A stretch of 64,000 nt of DNA from Podarcis pityusensis (lineage: Eukaryota), in the NCBI GenBank assembly GCA_964106645.2, contig OZ067047.1. The stretch is one strand, 5' to 3'. This document shows positions 42,701-52,000 of this stretch, one piece after another. Positions within the stretch are counted from its first letter, which is position 1. Every line of letters starts with the position of its first letter. The notes beneath the pieces were generated by a model. It saw only the letters and a list, made by a program, of their open reading frames with translations. It searched no databases and had not been told where the DNA came from. The position numbers and the translations under genes were made by a program.

Positions 42701-44589
42701 GTGTGATCTGCTCTGCTGCGTCCGAGCCACAAGGTCTTCCACCTTTTATTTTCCCTGGGTTTCCTTATGCAGTGGCAATGGAACATGTGTGTGTGCTAGT
42801 AACTTTCCCTGTGCCTTGTTTTTCAGTGAGCAGGTGCTGCATTTGTGGCTTGAGGTGTTGTGCTCTAGCCTGCAGACCGTGGAGAAATGGTTCCATCTCT
42901 GGTCATTCTTGCGCAGTCCTGGCTGGGTGCAGATCAAGTGTGAGCTCAGGTAGGTGGAACCTCCTTTTCCCCACTTTATTTTACTGCCCAGCTCCACCTC
43001 CTGGTAGCTGCAGCCTTATGTAAGTGAATGAAATCATACCTGGCTATGTCATACAGGGAGAGAGGGTATGCTAATTGCTTTCATTGCCCAATCTTAGCCT
43101 CCTTGGGAGGAATAGGTCTTTATGTGCAAGGCTAATGGCAGTACATTGTGATGAGCTCATCAGTCATTATCCTAGCAGAATAGGATTTTTTCCCCCTTGC
43201 CATCATACACCACCAAACCTTCTTGGTTGCCACAGCCAACATCTCCAGAAAAATAGAAAATAACCAGTTGTCACAGCTCATATGAAGATGCATCAGCCAG
43301 GCTGGCTCATGGAAGAGTAAAATAAGGGCTCATCCACCCTTCTGCTTGCCCCGCCACTTTCCCAATCCCTGTTTGCTGCTGGATTGGGTCAATCTGCAGA
43401 AAACGTGATGTTTCATTTCAGTGGCAAATGGGATTTTCCCAGGGGAAACCAGTGGGGCAAGCAGAAGTGTGGACAACTACTAAGAGGAAACTGCTCAGAG
43501 TTTCTACATTGAGAAGGCTTTTTGCCTTAGATGATCATGAATGAGAAGAGATGAACACAGGGGAACGGGTACACTTGAGCTTCAGCTGTAGTAGAGCTGA
43601 GTAGAAAGCAAACTACAAAGGAGTTTGTGTGCAGCAAAACTAGGAGAAAATGTATTGATTACTGAAGTACCCGAGTTTTGTATTTCTTAAGGACAGTTAG
43701 ACCTGGAAGCATGCTTCTTCTAAATCATACAACTTGTCTCCTATGTTCTTACACAGCTGTCAATTGTGCCTGTGGCACTGCCAAGTGCTCTAAGTAAGGA
43801 TGCTGGGAATCCTCTTTTTAAAATAAAGTATTGTCTCTTAAATAGATGTGGCAGTATATATTTCACATCAGCTGTGTTAATTGTGAGGTGACAGAACACT
43901 TCAGGTCTAGATTTTTCTCAAGGGTTTTTTAACACTTTTAAAAAACACCACCAAGCACCCACGCCTGTTTTCTTTCTTGCTTCTTCACTTCTCTGAAATG
44001 TCAGATGTCTTGAAGACTTGATTTGTGGCAGTAGACAGATACGTTTTGCAATTCTTATTTATGGAACAAGCACAATTTTTAATTGTAAGAACAGAATGAA
44101 GTAAATGTGTCAGAACTTAATGTGGGTTTCAGTTTGATTACTTTGCCTATAGTGTTTGCATAGCCCTCCTTTTAAGCTCTCTTAATATGTTCTGTTGCAG
44201 AGTCCTCAGTAAATTTGCATTCAGCCTTTCTCAGGATTGGGAACTCCCTGTAAAAAGAGAGGTAAGCATGTGTCCCTTTAGTCAATCAACAGGCCATGCA
44301 TCTGCATCAACCCCAGTTTAGGGTTAGACTGTGTTCTCTCTTATATTTGCATAGGGGGCTGAGGTACAGCAGGCTAATCTTTGCCCCAGCCTGGACCCTT
44401 TTGTTTTCCGGGATGGTATGGTGGTGGGCCCTGAAGCGCACACACACAGTACATACATATTAGCGACAGTGGGGAAATGTGAAAAAACCCTTTGCCTTCC
44501 TTTTTTAGGAGAAGAAGAAACCACTGAAGGAAGGAGTCCAGGACATGCTTGTGAAGCACCATCTCTTTAGCTGGGACATAGATGGGTGA
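27792..44589 (+). CDS. SGSM3: Small G protein signaling modulator 3 (TBC Rab-GAP, SH3, RUN), complete 21-exon CDS (751 aa)
   Basis: join(27792-27798,28881-28966,30175-30241,31086-31294,31391-31498,33213-33356,35172-35367,36053-36198,36757-36981,37570-37624,39570-39697,39914-40069,40316-40370,40546-40595,41215-41367,41562-41632,42173-42221,42501-42586,42827-42949,44201-44261,44509-44589) = 2256 nt, open. TBC fingers IEKDLLR and YCQG; SH3 ALLDF...[10 protein letters not shown]...W...GWFP; C-terminus [11 protein letters not shown]. Confidence 0.96.
28881..28966 (+). CDS. SGSM3: SGSM3 coding exon 2
   Basis: [29 protein letters not shown]. Confidence 0.94.
30175..30241 (+). CDS. SGSM3: SGSM3 coding exon 3 (GC donor)
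   Basis: [22 protein letters not shown] + G|gcaagg. Confidence 0.9.
31086..31294 (+). CDS. SGSM3: SGSM3 coding exon 4
   Basis: DGAEPNSS...[18 protein letters not shown]...GIPHSMRPQ. Confidence 0.95.
31391..31498 (+). CDS. SGSM3: SGSM3 coding exon 5
   Basis: [16 protein letters not shown]...TIAAKQ. Confidence 0.95.
32123..32327. mobile_element. PIF/Harbinger-like MITE
   Basis: TTA|GGGCAGATCCACACCATACATTTAAAG ... CTTTAAATATATGAGGTACATCTACCC|TTA: long imperfect TIRs and a 3-bp TTA duplication. Confidence 0.65.
33213..33356 (+). CDS. SGSM3: SGSM3 coding exon 6
   Basis: [10 protein letters not shown]...GYCQGTGM. Confidence 0.96.
35172..35367 (+). CDS. SGSM3: SGSM3 coding exon 7
   Basis: [16 protein letters not shown]...LQEHDI. 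Confidence 0.95.
36053..36198 (+). CDS. SGSM3: SGSM3 coding exon 8
   Basis: [14 protein letters not shown]...RIWDLFF...MK. Confidence 0.95.
36757..36981 (+). CDS. SGSM3: SGSM3 coding exon 9
   Basis: [21 protein letters not shown]...NLSK. Confidence 0.95.
37427..37460. repeat. (GTAT)8 microsatellite
   Basis: Direct observation. Confidence 0.9.
37570..37624 (+). CDS. SGSM3: SGSM3 coding exon 10
   Basis: [18 protein letters not shown]. Confidence 0.94.
37882..38115. mobile_element. Tc1/mariner-type MITE, copy 4
   Basis: TA|CAGTGGTACCTCGGGTTA ... TAACCCGAGGTACCACTG|TA; internal 16-bp tandem duplication GGTTACATACGCTTCA. Confidence 0.88.
39570..39697 (+). CDS. SGSM3: SGSM3 coding exon 11
   Basis: [19 protein letters not shown]...KSCSI. 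Confidence 0.95.
39914..40069 (+). CDS. SGSM3: SGSM3 coding exon 12
   Basis: [16 protein letters not shown]...[22 protein letters not shown]. Confidence 0.95.
40316..40370 (+). CDS. SGSM3: SGSM3 coding exon 13
   Basis: [18 protein letters not shown]. Confidence 0.95.
40546..40595 (+). CDS. SGSM3: SGSM3 coding exon 14
   Basis: [17 protein letters not shown]. Confidence 0.95.
41215..41367 (+). CDS. SGSM3: SGSM3 coding exon 15
   Basis: taag|[23 protein letters not shown]...HPWLFIEE. Confidence 0.94.
41562..41632 (+). CDS. SGSM3: SGSM3 coding exon 16
   Basis: [23 protein letters not shown](R). Confidence 0.95.
42173..42221 (+). CDS. SGSM3: SGSM3 coding exon 17
   Basis: [16 protein letters not shown]. 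Confidence 0.95.
42501..42586 (+). CDS. SGSM3: SGSM3 coding exon 18
   Basis: [28 protein letters not shown](N). Confidence 0.95.
42827..42949 (+). CDS. SGSM3: SGSM3 coding exon 19
   Basis: [14 protein letters not shown]...[15 protein letters not shown](R). Confidence 0.95.
44201..44261 (+). CDS. SGSM3: SGSM3 coding exon 20
   Basis: [20 protein letters not shown]. Confidence 0.95.
44509..44589 (+). CDS. SGSM3: SGSM3 last coding exon
   Basis: [26 protein letters not shown]. Confidence 0.94.
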   Translation, partial: EKKKPLKEGVQDMLVKHHLFSWDIDG

Positions 44590-45082
44590 TTCTTTGGCCT
44601 CAGTTTGGACTTCTTGGATGACATCAAACCATTGGCATATTCTCCTCCCTCGCAGCCTGTTCCCCCTTCAGTCTGTCCCTCTCACCAACTGTCTTTGCTT
44701 GTCAAGAGTTCTCTTGTGGACTGGTATCAGTTTGCTTAACAGGTGGGCAGTAGCATATTGAAGAGAGCAGGGGTTGTGTTGCATTGTTTGAAACTGTGGC
44801 TGTCTAGCTTCCCTTTCCCATGGTGTCACTAACTTGATTGTGCAGAGCATGTGCATATTATGGAAGTCATGTACCACTCAGGAGTCTGTGCCCCTTGGAT
44901 ACCAAGCCTGTTCAAGGCCTGCTAGTCTGGGCAAGAGGGAAGACAGTAATGTTAGACAGAAAGTTGTCTAGGTGTGGTGTACAGCAAGAGGGGATTCCCC
45001 CAAGGTTAACCAATCAGGCTGTTAAGATTCATTTATGGCAGGGAGAGGAGACCATCAGATTCCAAGTTCCTCCAAGGCTCAC

Positions 45083-45101
45083 TTTATTCATGATGTTTAT
45101 T
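45083..45101 (-). terminator. MRTFA: Candidate MRTFA polyadenylation signals (two AATAAA on the minus strand)
   Basis: TTTATT at 45083-45088 and 45096-45101; the first canonical hexamers I found downstream of the MRTFA stop. Confidence 0.4.
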
Positions 45102-46013
45102 TTCTTACATACGCTAACATGTGAAACACCCCTTATTAGTGTGTGTCTGAAAGAGAAACTGTGATTCATGACTAGTTTTCCCAGGTGCTACAGTGCAGGA
45201 ATGGCTGGGCTACTGCCACAAAGTGCCTAAAATGGCTAGCTGGTTTAAAACTGCCTTGGGTGGAGCAGCAGGAGCCTAGCCTTTAATTCTGGCTCTTAGC
45301 TGAACAGCATCAGTTCATTTTAGCCTGGAACTTTGTAAAAAAAGAGAGAGATTACCAAAAGATGTAAAATGTATCCAGAAATCTTTGTATATTTTGATGT
45401 AGCTTAGCAGGAAATGGATTCAGGACCGAGATGGCTCAGGGAGTCAACTGCAACCTACATTGATGATGATGGTAGAGGCTGCAAGACAGGAGCACAATCA
45501 CTTGTCATTTTGGTTTCTAAGTAAATTGCACATCTTGTGACTAAGACAGTAATAGGGAAGTAGGACTGCTTTTCAGATGCCTTTAGCCTTATTTCTGTTC
45601 TCCTGAGTTATGTGGAAGTATTAGTAGTTGGAAGGAAAAATTGACACTTCTGCGAATGATTCTAGGATTTGAATATTAAGTAAATCAGCCTTGAAATATT
45701 GTGTTTCTTATTCAGTGAATAGTACTGTTACAGTCTGGTCAGCTAAAATATACTGACTGTGACCTGGATGAGAATAGATTGCAAGCCCCTTTCCCCATAG
45801 CTGCATTCTGTTCTACTACTGGATAATTTGCCACACTTCTTTCAAGGTGCTGTTTTTAGGAAGGAGAAACTGTCACAATGGCGTGAAATGGCTCTTCATC
45901 CCTCCACAAATGTTGAATGCCTTTGCTGTCTTTTCACCATGGCACGTATCAGTATCCATTATGCCATGACCAAAGATGAGATGTACAAAGATGTTACAAC
46001 ACAATTTTTTTTT

Positions 46014-46019
46014 AATAAA
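46014..46019 (+). terminator. SGSM3: Candidate SGSM3 polyadenylation signal
   Basis: First AATAAA after the SGSM3 stop, with an upstream U-run and TGTA elements. Confidence 0.65.
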
Positions 46020-48546
46020 ATGGATTTTTCAAATAACTGAAAAAATAATTTGATTTATCCATAATATTCATTCCATACCCTTTTCCAGTTGCATGTTCAC
46101 TCCAGGTCCAATACTATAGCACTGCGTAAGCCTCTTGCGGGTGCTGATAACCCCTTTCATTGATGCATAGTGGAATAAGTGTGCGTGCTAATCAAATACA
46201 AGCAGTGGTTATCAGCAGAAGAGTGCGTACATTCAAACCAAAGGAAGACCCTTAGACTCTTGTTTTACTTTGGGGATATAAAAGGAGAATTTAGGGAACT
46301 TATTTTATAAGCCATGTGTTTTCAGACACTGGCAAAAAAGCCCATCTTAATACCAGTCACTTTCTCGTTCCACAAAAGAGTAATATTCCTACAATGGGCT
46401 TAACCCATAGCACTTTTCTTCATAATTTTACACTAGACATGTTTACCCTTTCAAAACCAGGCAGCTGTTGGGGGATAGCACTTTCAGCACAAACTCACTG
46501 CTGCTGCTAAAGCAGCCCTGATCTGGCCAACAAGTACTTTCCAGCCTAAACTCAATAACTGCTCTTAGTCTGAAAACAGGTAAGATGATACTACTGAACC
46601 AGATCCTCTCCCCACAATAAGTTGGCTTATTCTGCTTTTCTATACTGTGAACAATCCCAAGTCTAGATCCAACCTTCCCAATCAGTGATAGACTGAGTGA
46701 CAATATTAGTAGTACGTCTTGAAGAGTATACAAGAGATACGCCACCTTCAGCAGCCATTAATCTAATTTCCAAAACAGTCGTATTTTACTGAATGAAATA
46801 AGACTCACGTGCAGTTGGCCATTTCAGGATAATGGCTAATCACATAACTAATATTCTCTTCAATTCCATTCATCATAAAAGGGGGTGTTTAGGATATGTT
46901 ATGTAGACTTGATAAAATATAAGAGAAACAGAAGGGGCTCCTGGATCCTGTCAAATGACAGGACCCTTCTTCCTTCTGCTTTGGGGTGAAAGGCAGTGCC
47001 AGCAGACACATTTAACTACGTATTTTCTATGGGAGGGAAAGAGACTAATAGAAATACAATTTCCTTTTAGTGACATGTGCAATAAGGCTAAAGCTGGTAG
47101 TCTAAGGACCAAATCCTCTTTCCCACCAAACCACAGGCTAAAATACCAGCTCCCCAACGGTTTACCACACAGTAGGAGCTAAAGGGAAGTAACTACCCCC
47201 TAACCAGGTAGATAACTTCATCTGCTTTCCAAAAACAAAACAAGTTTTATAACGGCTATATACAGAAATTTTACCAGCTATAAATGAAACCAGGTATCAA
47301 GAGGCAAGACTGTGGTTTCTAACCATTCTCTTAACCACACAGCAGCAGGGACTATGGCTACAGGAAAGTTCCTCTGTGCAATGAAAGACATGCAACTCCT
47401 TAGGCAAGCAGCACCAAAAACACTTGCCTCAGAGAGGTTAGTGCTCATGCTCTCGGAGATCAGCTGAACTCTCCAAACGGAAGTGGAGCCACAACCCTTA
47501 ACCTACAGCCAAGACCAGACATCCCCATGACACCAACCTCCAGATCAGAGAAAGCTATACTTCATATGCAAGAAAACCCTTGGGATGAGTAGCTGAACTG
47601 AAACCCATGAACAGCCTAAGCACTAAGAACAGGAGCATAGTGCAGCTCATCTGCTCCAGTGCTTATGTTTCCCAAAGGCCCAAACTTCACAGAGTGCCAC
47701 CACTTTGAACAAGTAAGTTCTAGCCAACTAGGTTTCATAGGCAGGGTTATTAAGAGGAGGTGGCAGAGCTATTACAGGGGGCTAGGAGTATCATCCCCGA
47801 TGCAGCTGTCTTGATTCATAACCAACTGAGTACCTGAGACAACAATGTCAGGTGAGATACAACAGCTAGGGCATACAGCCACCTCTTAAGTTTTAGTGGA
47901 ACAAAGGCTACATGCAGGAATTAGCAAGCCAAAGAAAGATGGCTATTATCTGAGCTGTGGCACATAACTTGGGCTTGGCTTTCTTGCCAGGCAGAAAGCA
48001 CCTATACTATGGCATTGTCAGGGAAATGCTCTTGGAACAGGATCCTCATCCATATAAGCAGAAACCTCACTAGTCCTGTACTCATCCTCCCACCTCCTCA
48101 TCTCCAAAGATGGCCAAATTAACTTTTGCCCAGTTAAAAAAAAGCACGGTTGCTTTCTAACAAGGCAGACTGAAGGTCAGGAAGGAAGCCTGGTTTCTCC
48201 AGTAAGTTCTTCCAAACTGCTTTTGATTCTTGGCTTCTAACTAAATCCTCAACCCCACCCAGAGGCAGCATTCCATTCTGAAAACCTCCAACAAGTCATA
48301 CAACTGATACGACCACTGAACATTTGAGGAAAGGACCATGCCTTAGTCCACCAATAGCTATGAGAAGTGTGGTAGCTTGCCTGAGGTTGAATCAGAAGTC
48401 ATCACTGGTACGTGCCCTTGGCTCTAGCTTCATGAAAGCTGGTCAAAATGCAGGGCTCTTAAGAAAGAGGCGACTTTCACTTAAGAGCCCATCCATGTCC
48501 TACAACCCAGCTGTACCGCTCCCCTGAAGTCTGCATGCTCAGAGAG

Positions 48547-49058
48547 CTATAAGCAAGAATCCCAGTGCAGCTGTAAATCATGTCCATCAAGGAAGTCTGT
48601 GGAGAAGAGGCTAGGTGTTGCAGTACTGAGGGGGGTGAGGCTCATCACTGGCCCTCCTGACAGCTCCAACCAATCCATACTGTCCAAGTTAGCCTCTCCC
48701 AGGTCCAAGCTTGGTTCCCCAGTAGACTCAGGGGCAAAGTGCAATTCTGATGTGTCCATAGGTGAAGATGGGTGGTCCAGGATAGCTGAACTGCTTAGCA
48801 TCTCGCTGTAGAGGTCAATTAGGGACAGAGGCTCAGGTCCATCAGGGCCAGCTGTCAGCAAGGGGAGGCCAGTGCTGCTTACCAAGAAGTCTTCCAGCCT
48901 GCCTGCTGGGGTGGGATTAATAGAGCTGGAGTGGCTCATGAGCACCTGCAGGGGGAGCTCTGAGGAATGGTGGCTGTTGGACGGAGAAGGGCATCCTGGG
49001 GAAATAGTGGCGCCTTTCCTTCCTGGGGAAGATTGCTCCTTGAACTGAGCTGAAATCT
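48547..49058 (-). CDS. MRTFA: MRTFA last coding exon (transactivation domain)
   Basis: EISAQFKE...GRLEDFL...LDSMDWLEL...LFSTDFLDGHDLQLHWDSCL*. Confidence 0.96.
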
Positions 49059-52000
49059 CTGAGAGAGAGAAAAAAGCACTTAAATCCATGGATGCTTGCA
49101 ATATTTTTACTGCTCCTAAACATGGCCACAAGTCTTAGGGCTGTGCAAGTGCTGCACGCACCAACGGCTCAAAGAACCCATGAGCACTGCTGCAGATTAA
49201 GCTGCTACATCCTTTTGAAATCTGCTAAGTGGCACAAATGTCTCTTTCAGCACCAAGTGTACACACAAACCTACAAAGGAAATTTGTCCCTTAAACTGGC
49301 TTCAAACAAAGGCTCATTAGTGTTCTCTTTCAGATGGCCAGTCTCACTGCTGCAGAAGCCACAGAAGTCCCTAACATAAATACAAATTGTCTACTTACCT
49401 CCATGCTCAATTAAGATGTCAAACAGGTCATCCATTTGCTGACTGGAACACCCATTTTCCTGAAAAAGAAGGAACGGGTGCTTATTTAGACATTGCATTC
49501 ACCAACTATGCAGCAACACTTATCTTCCAATGATCTTCTGGCCAAACTGCACATTCACCAGACTGTCGGTGTCACTTAGCAAAAATGGCACAACCACAGC
49601 CTTGGTATGAAGGGTGGACACTTGCAATCTGTGTCCTACCTCAAATAAATGGAAGATGGCTCTAACCCTAGGGAGGCTGTTGCATATTTGATTCCTGAGA
49701 ATTTCAGGACTGACAAAGTGTGCACTATTTTTGCAAAACAGCACCAACACCAACATGCTTCTGATTTGTCAACACAAAGGAGCTACTCTCACCTCAAGGG
49801 GCTTTGGCTGCTGCTTCACGGCCTCTTCATAACCTGGTGGTTCTTTCATCAACACGGAAGAGGCAGGGAGAGGCAAAGGTGGTGGAGTACCAAAGAAGGA
49901 TGGGTTCTGCTGCTCAAGATCCATTTGGGGTGGAGATGGAGGAGCTGGAGATCCTGGCTGCGAGAGAAGCTGTGAAGAAAGAAGAAGAAAAGCAATGAAC
50001 AATATTCCCAGATGGGCCATTTGCACGCATCCTCAGCATATAAGCCTCCCTTCTCAGATAATTCACAGTGGAGCCTCTGATGTTACCTTTCCTGCTTCCC
50101 TCTTCATAGGCATCATAGCTACTTGCACCACGGTCAAGGGTATACAATGCATGACCTCATCTGAGTCAACATTGACTTGCCTGGCTCAGGAAGTACTGCA
50201 TTTCTGCAACACAGCAATTTTCCTGCAGGCCAGATCCAAGTCCTACATTTTGCAGAGCGCAAAGTTTCTCATGAAACGTTACCCACCATCCACCCCTGCT
50301 TCAGTTCTGCCGTTATTTGTCAATTATGGGAGCAGGAGAGGTCAGGTCCCAGTGCCCTGGACAAGCAAGTACATGTATACATTTCCAAATACCTCCCCTA
50401 AACAAAAACAGAATGTTGGAAGCAGCAGCATTTCAGTAGGACACGCATTTCTAGAGGCCTGGCCTATGACATCTATTGTCTCATGTTCCTCAACATATTC
50501 ATCTGAATTGGAGTGGGGATTGTTGGCAGGGTACCTTTATGGGCATGCTGGACTGGCCAGTTTTACCACTTGCTTTCATGGGTCCTTTGTGAAAGCCATT
50601 CACGAAGAAGGGCTGCAAGTTGGGGGGCGAAGAAAAAGACAAAACTGTTTGAGGCAGCTGCCCCGTGACTATCTGCAGGCCTGGCTTCTGAACCTATGGA
50701 GAGGCACAAGGGATAGAAAGCAGAAGGAAAAAGTCAGACTCAGGCTGGTCGAAAGAGAAGTACCACATGCCAAGTGTATTCCCAAAGCACCCAGGCAAAG
50801 CTGGGCATAATCCTCAGCAAACAAGAAGAAAAAAGATTCTATGCTAAAAGAAACATTCTAGATGAGAAGCATGGCAATAACAGTCCCTCTGAAGGAGAAG
50901 GTACATAGCTTGGGAGTATGTCTGGACCCATTACTGTCATTTGAGGCTCAACTGGCATCAGTGGTACTAAGTGTCCTCTATCAGCTTCAACTGGAGGCTC
51001 AGCTGTGTCCCTGACTTGAATTGTCTATGCTCTGGTAGCTTCTGGCTGGACTACTGCAGTGCACTGTAAGTGGAGCTGCCTTTGAAGACAGCTTAGAGGT
51101 GTCAGGTTATTGACCAAGGTGGGATGGTGTTTGTTCACGACATTTATGTACCATCTTGATCTGTCATGCAGCTCAAAGAGGTGTACATGGTTCTCCTCCT
51201 CCCCATTTCATCCTCACAACAACTCTGTGAGGTAGGCTAGGCTAAGAGATGGTGACTGGCCCAAGATCACCCAATGAACTTCATTATTTTTTATATTATT
51301 TATTGAAATTATATACCGCCCTGTACACGGAGGTCTCAGGGTGGCTCACAGAACAAAATTCATGGCTGAGTGGGGATTCAAACCCTGTTCTCCCAGGTCC
51401 TAGTCCAGCACTCTTAATATATAATACCACTTCTGGCACAACTGCGCTGGATACCAATTAGTTCCCAGGCACAATTCAAAGTGTTACTTGCCCTAAAATG
51501 CAAAATGTTAGCTGACCACCTGTTTTGTTCCCTACCTTCTTAGTGGGCTCCATTGGCGGTGGCTGCAGAGGCGACTGAGAGCTGCTTACAGGCTGTTGGA
51601 CAGATGCTTTCACAGGTGGTGAGGACACTCTCTGAGAGAGAAGGATACACAACATTTTAGAGGTTTTTAACACACCCCACCCCACACTCAATCTTTAGAG
51701 CTAGTTGCTGCAGACACAAATTAAATATGAAATGACATTGACAGAAGTCATGCGCAGGAGTGGAATGGGTGTGGAAGTATTAACTACAGGGTGGCTGGGG
51801 AAGCAGGGTCAGTGTCACAGGGAGCATAAAAGCTGGGCTTGTAAACCCAATGAGATTTCTGGGAGCAGGGGCAGGTGCATTTAATCAAGAATCAACAGTT
51901 ATGGTTGCCACTGTCACCACTGGCACGCAGACTTTAGCATGAAGTGGCAACTAAAAGCCCAAACTGCTGATGTTTTCCTTCACTGTCAGACCAGCTCTTC

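Noticed and set aside
49995-50810. 271-aa plus-strand ORF
   Set aside because: No recognisable domain, intron-like composition, and antisense to an MRTFA intron and candidate exon; probably chance.
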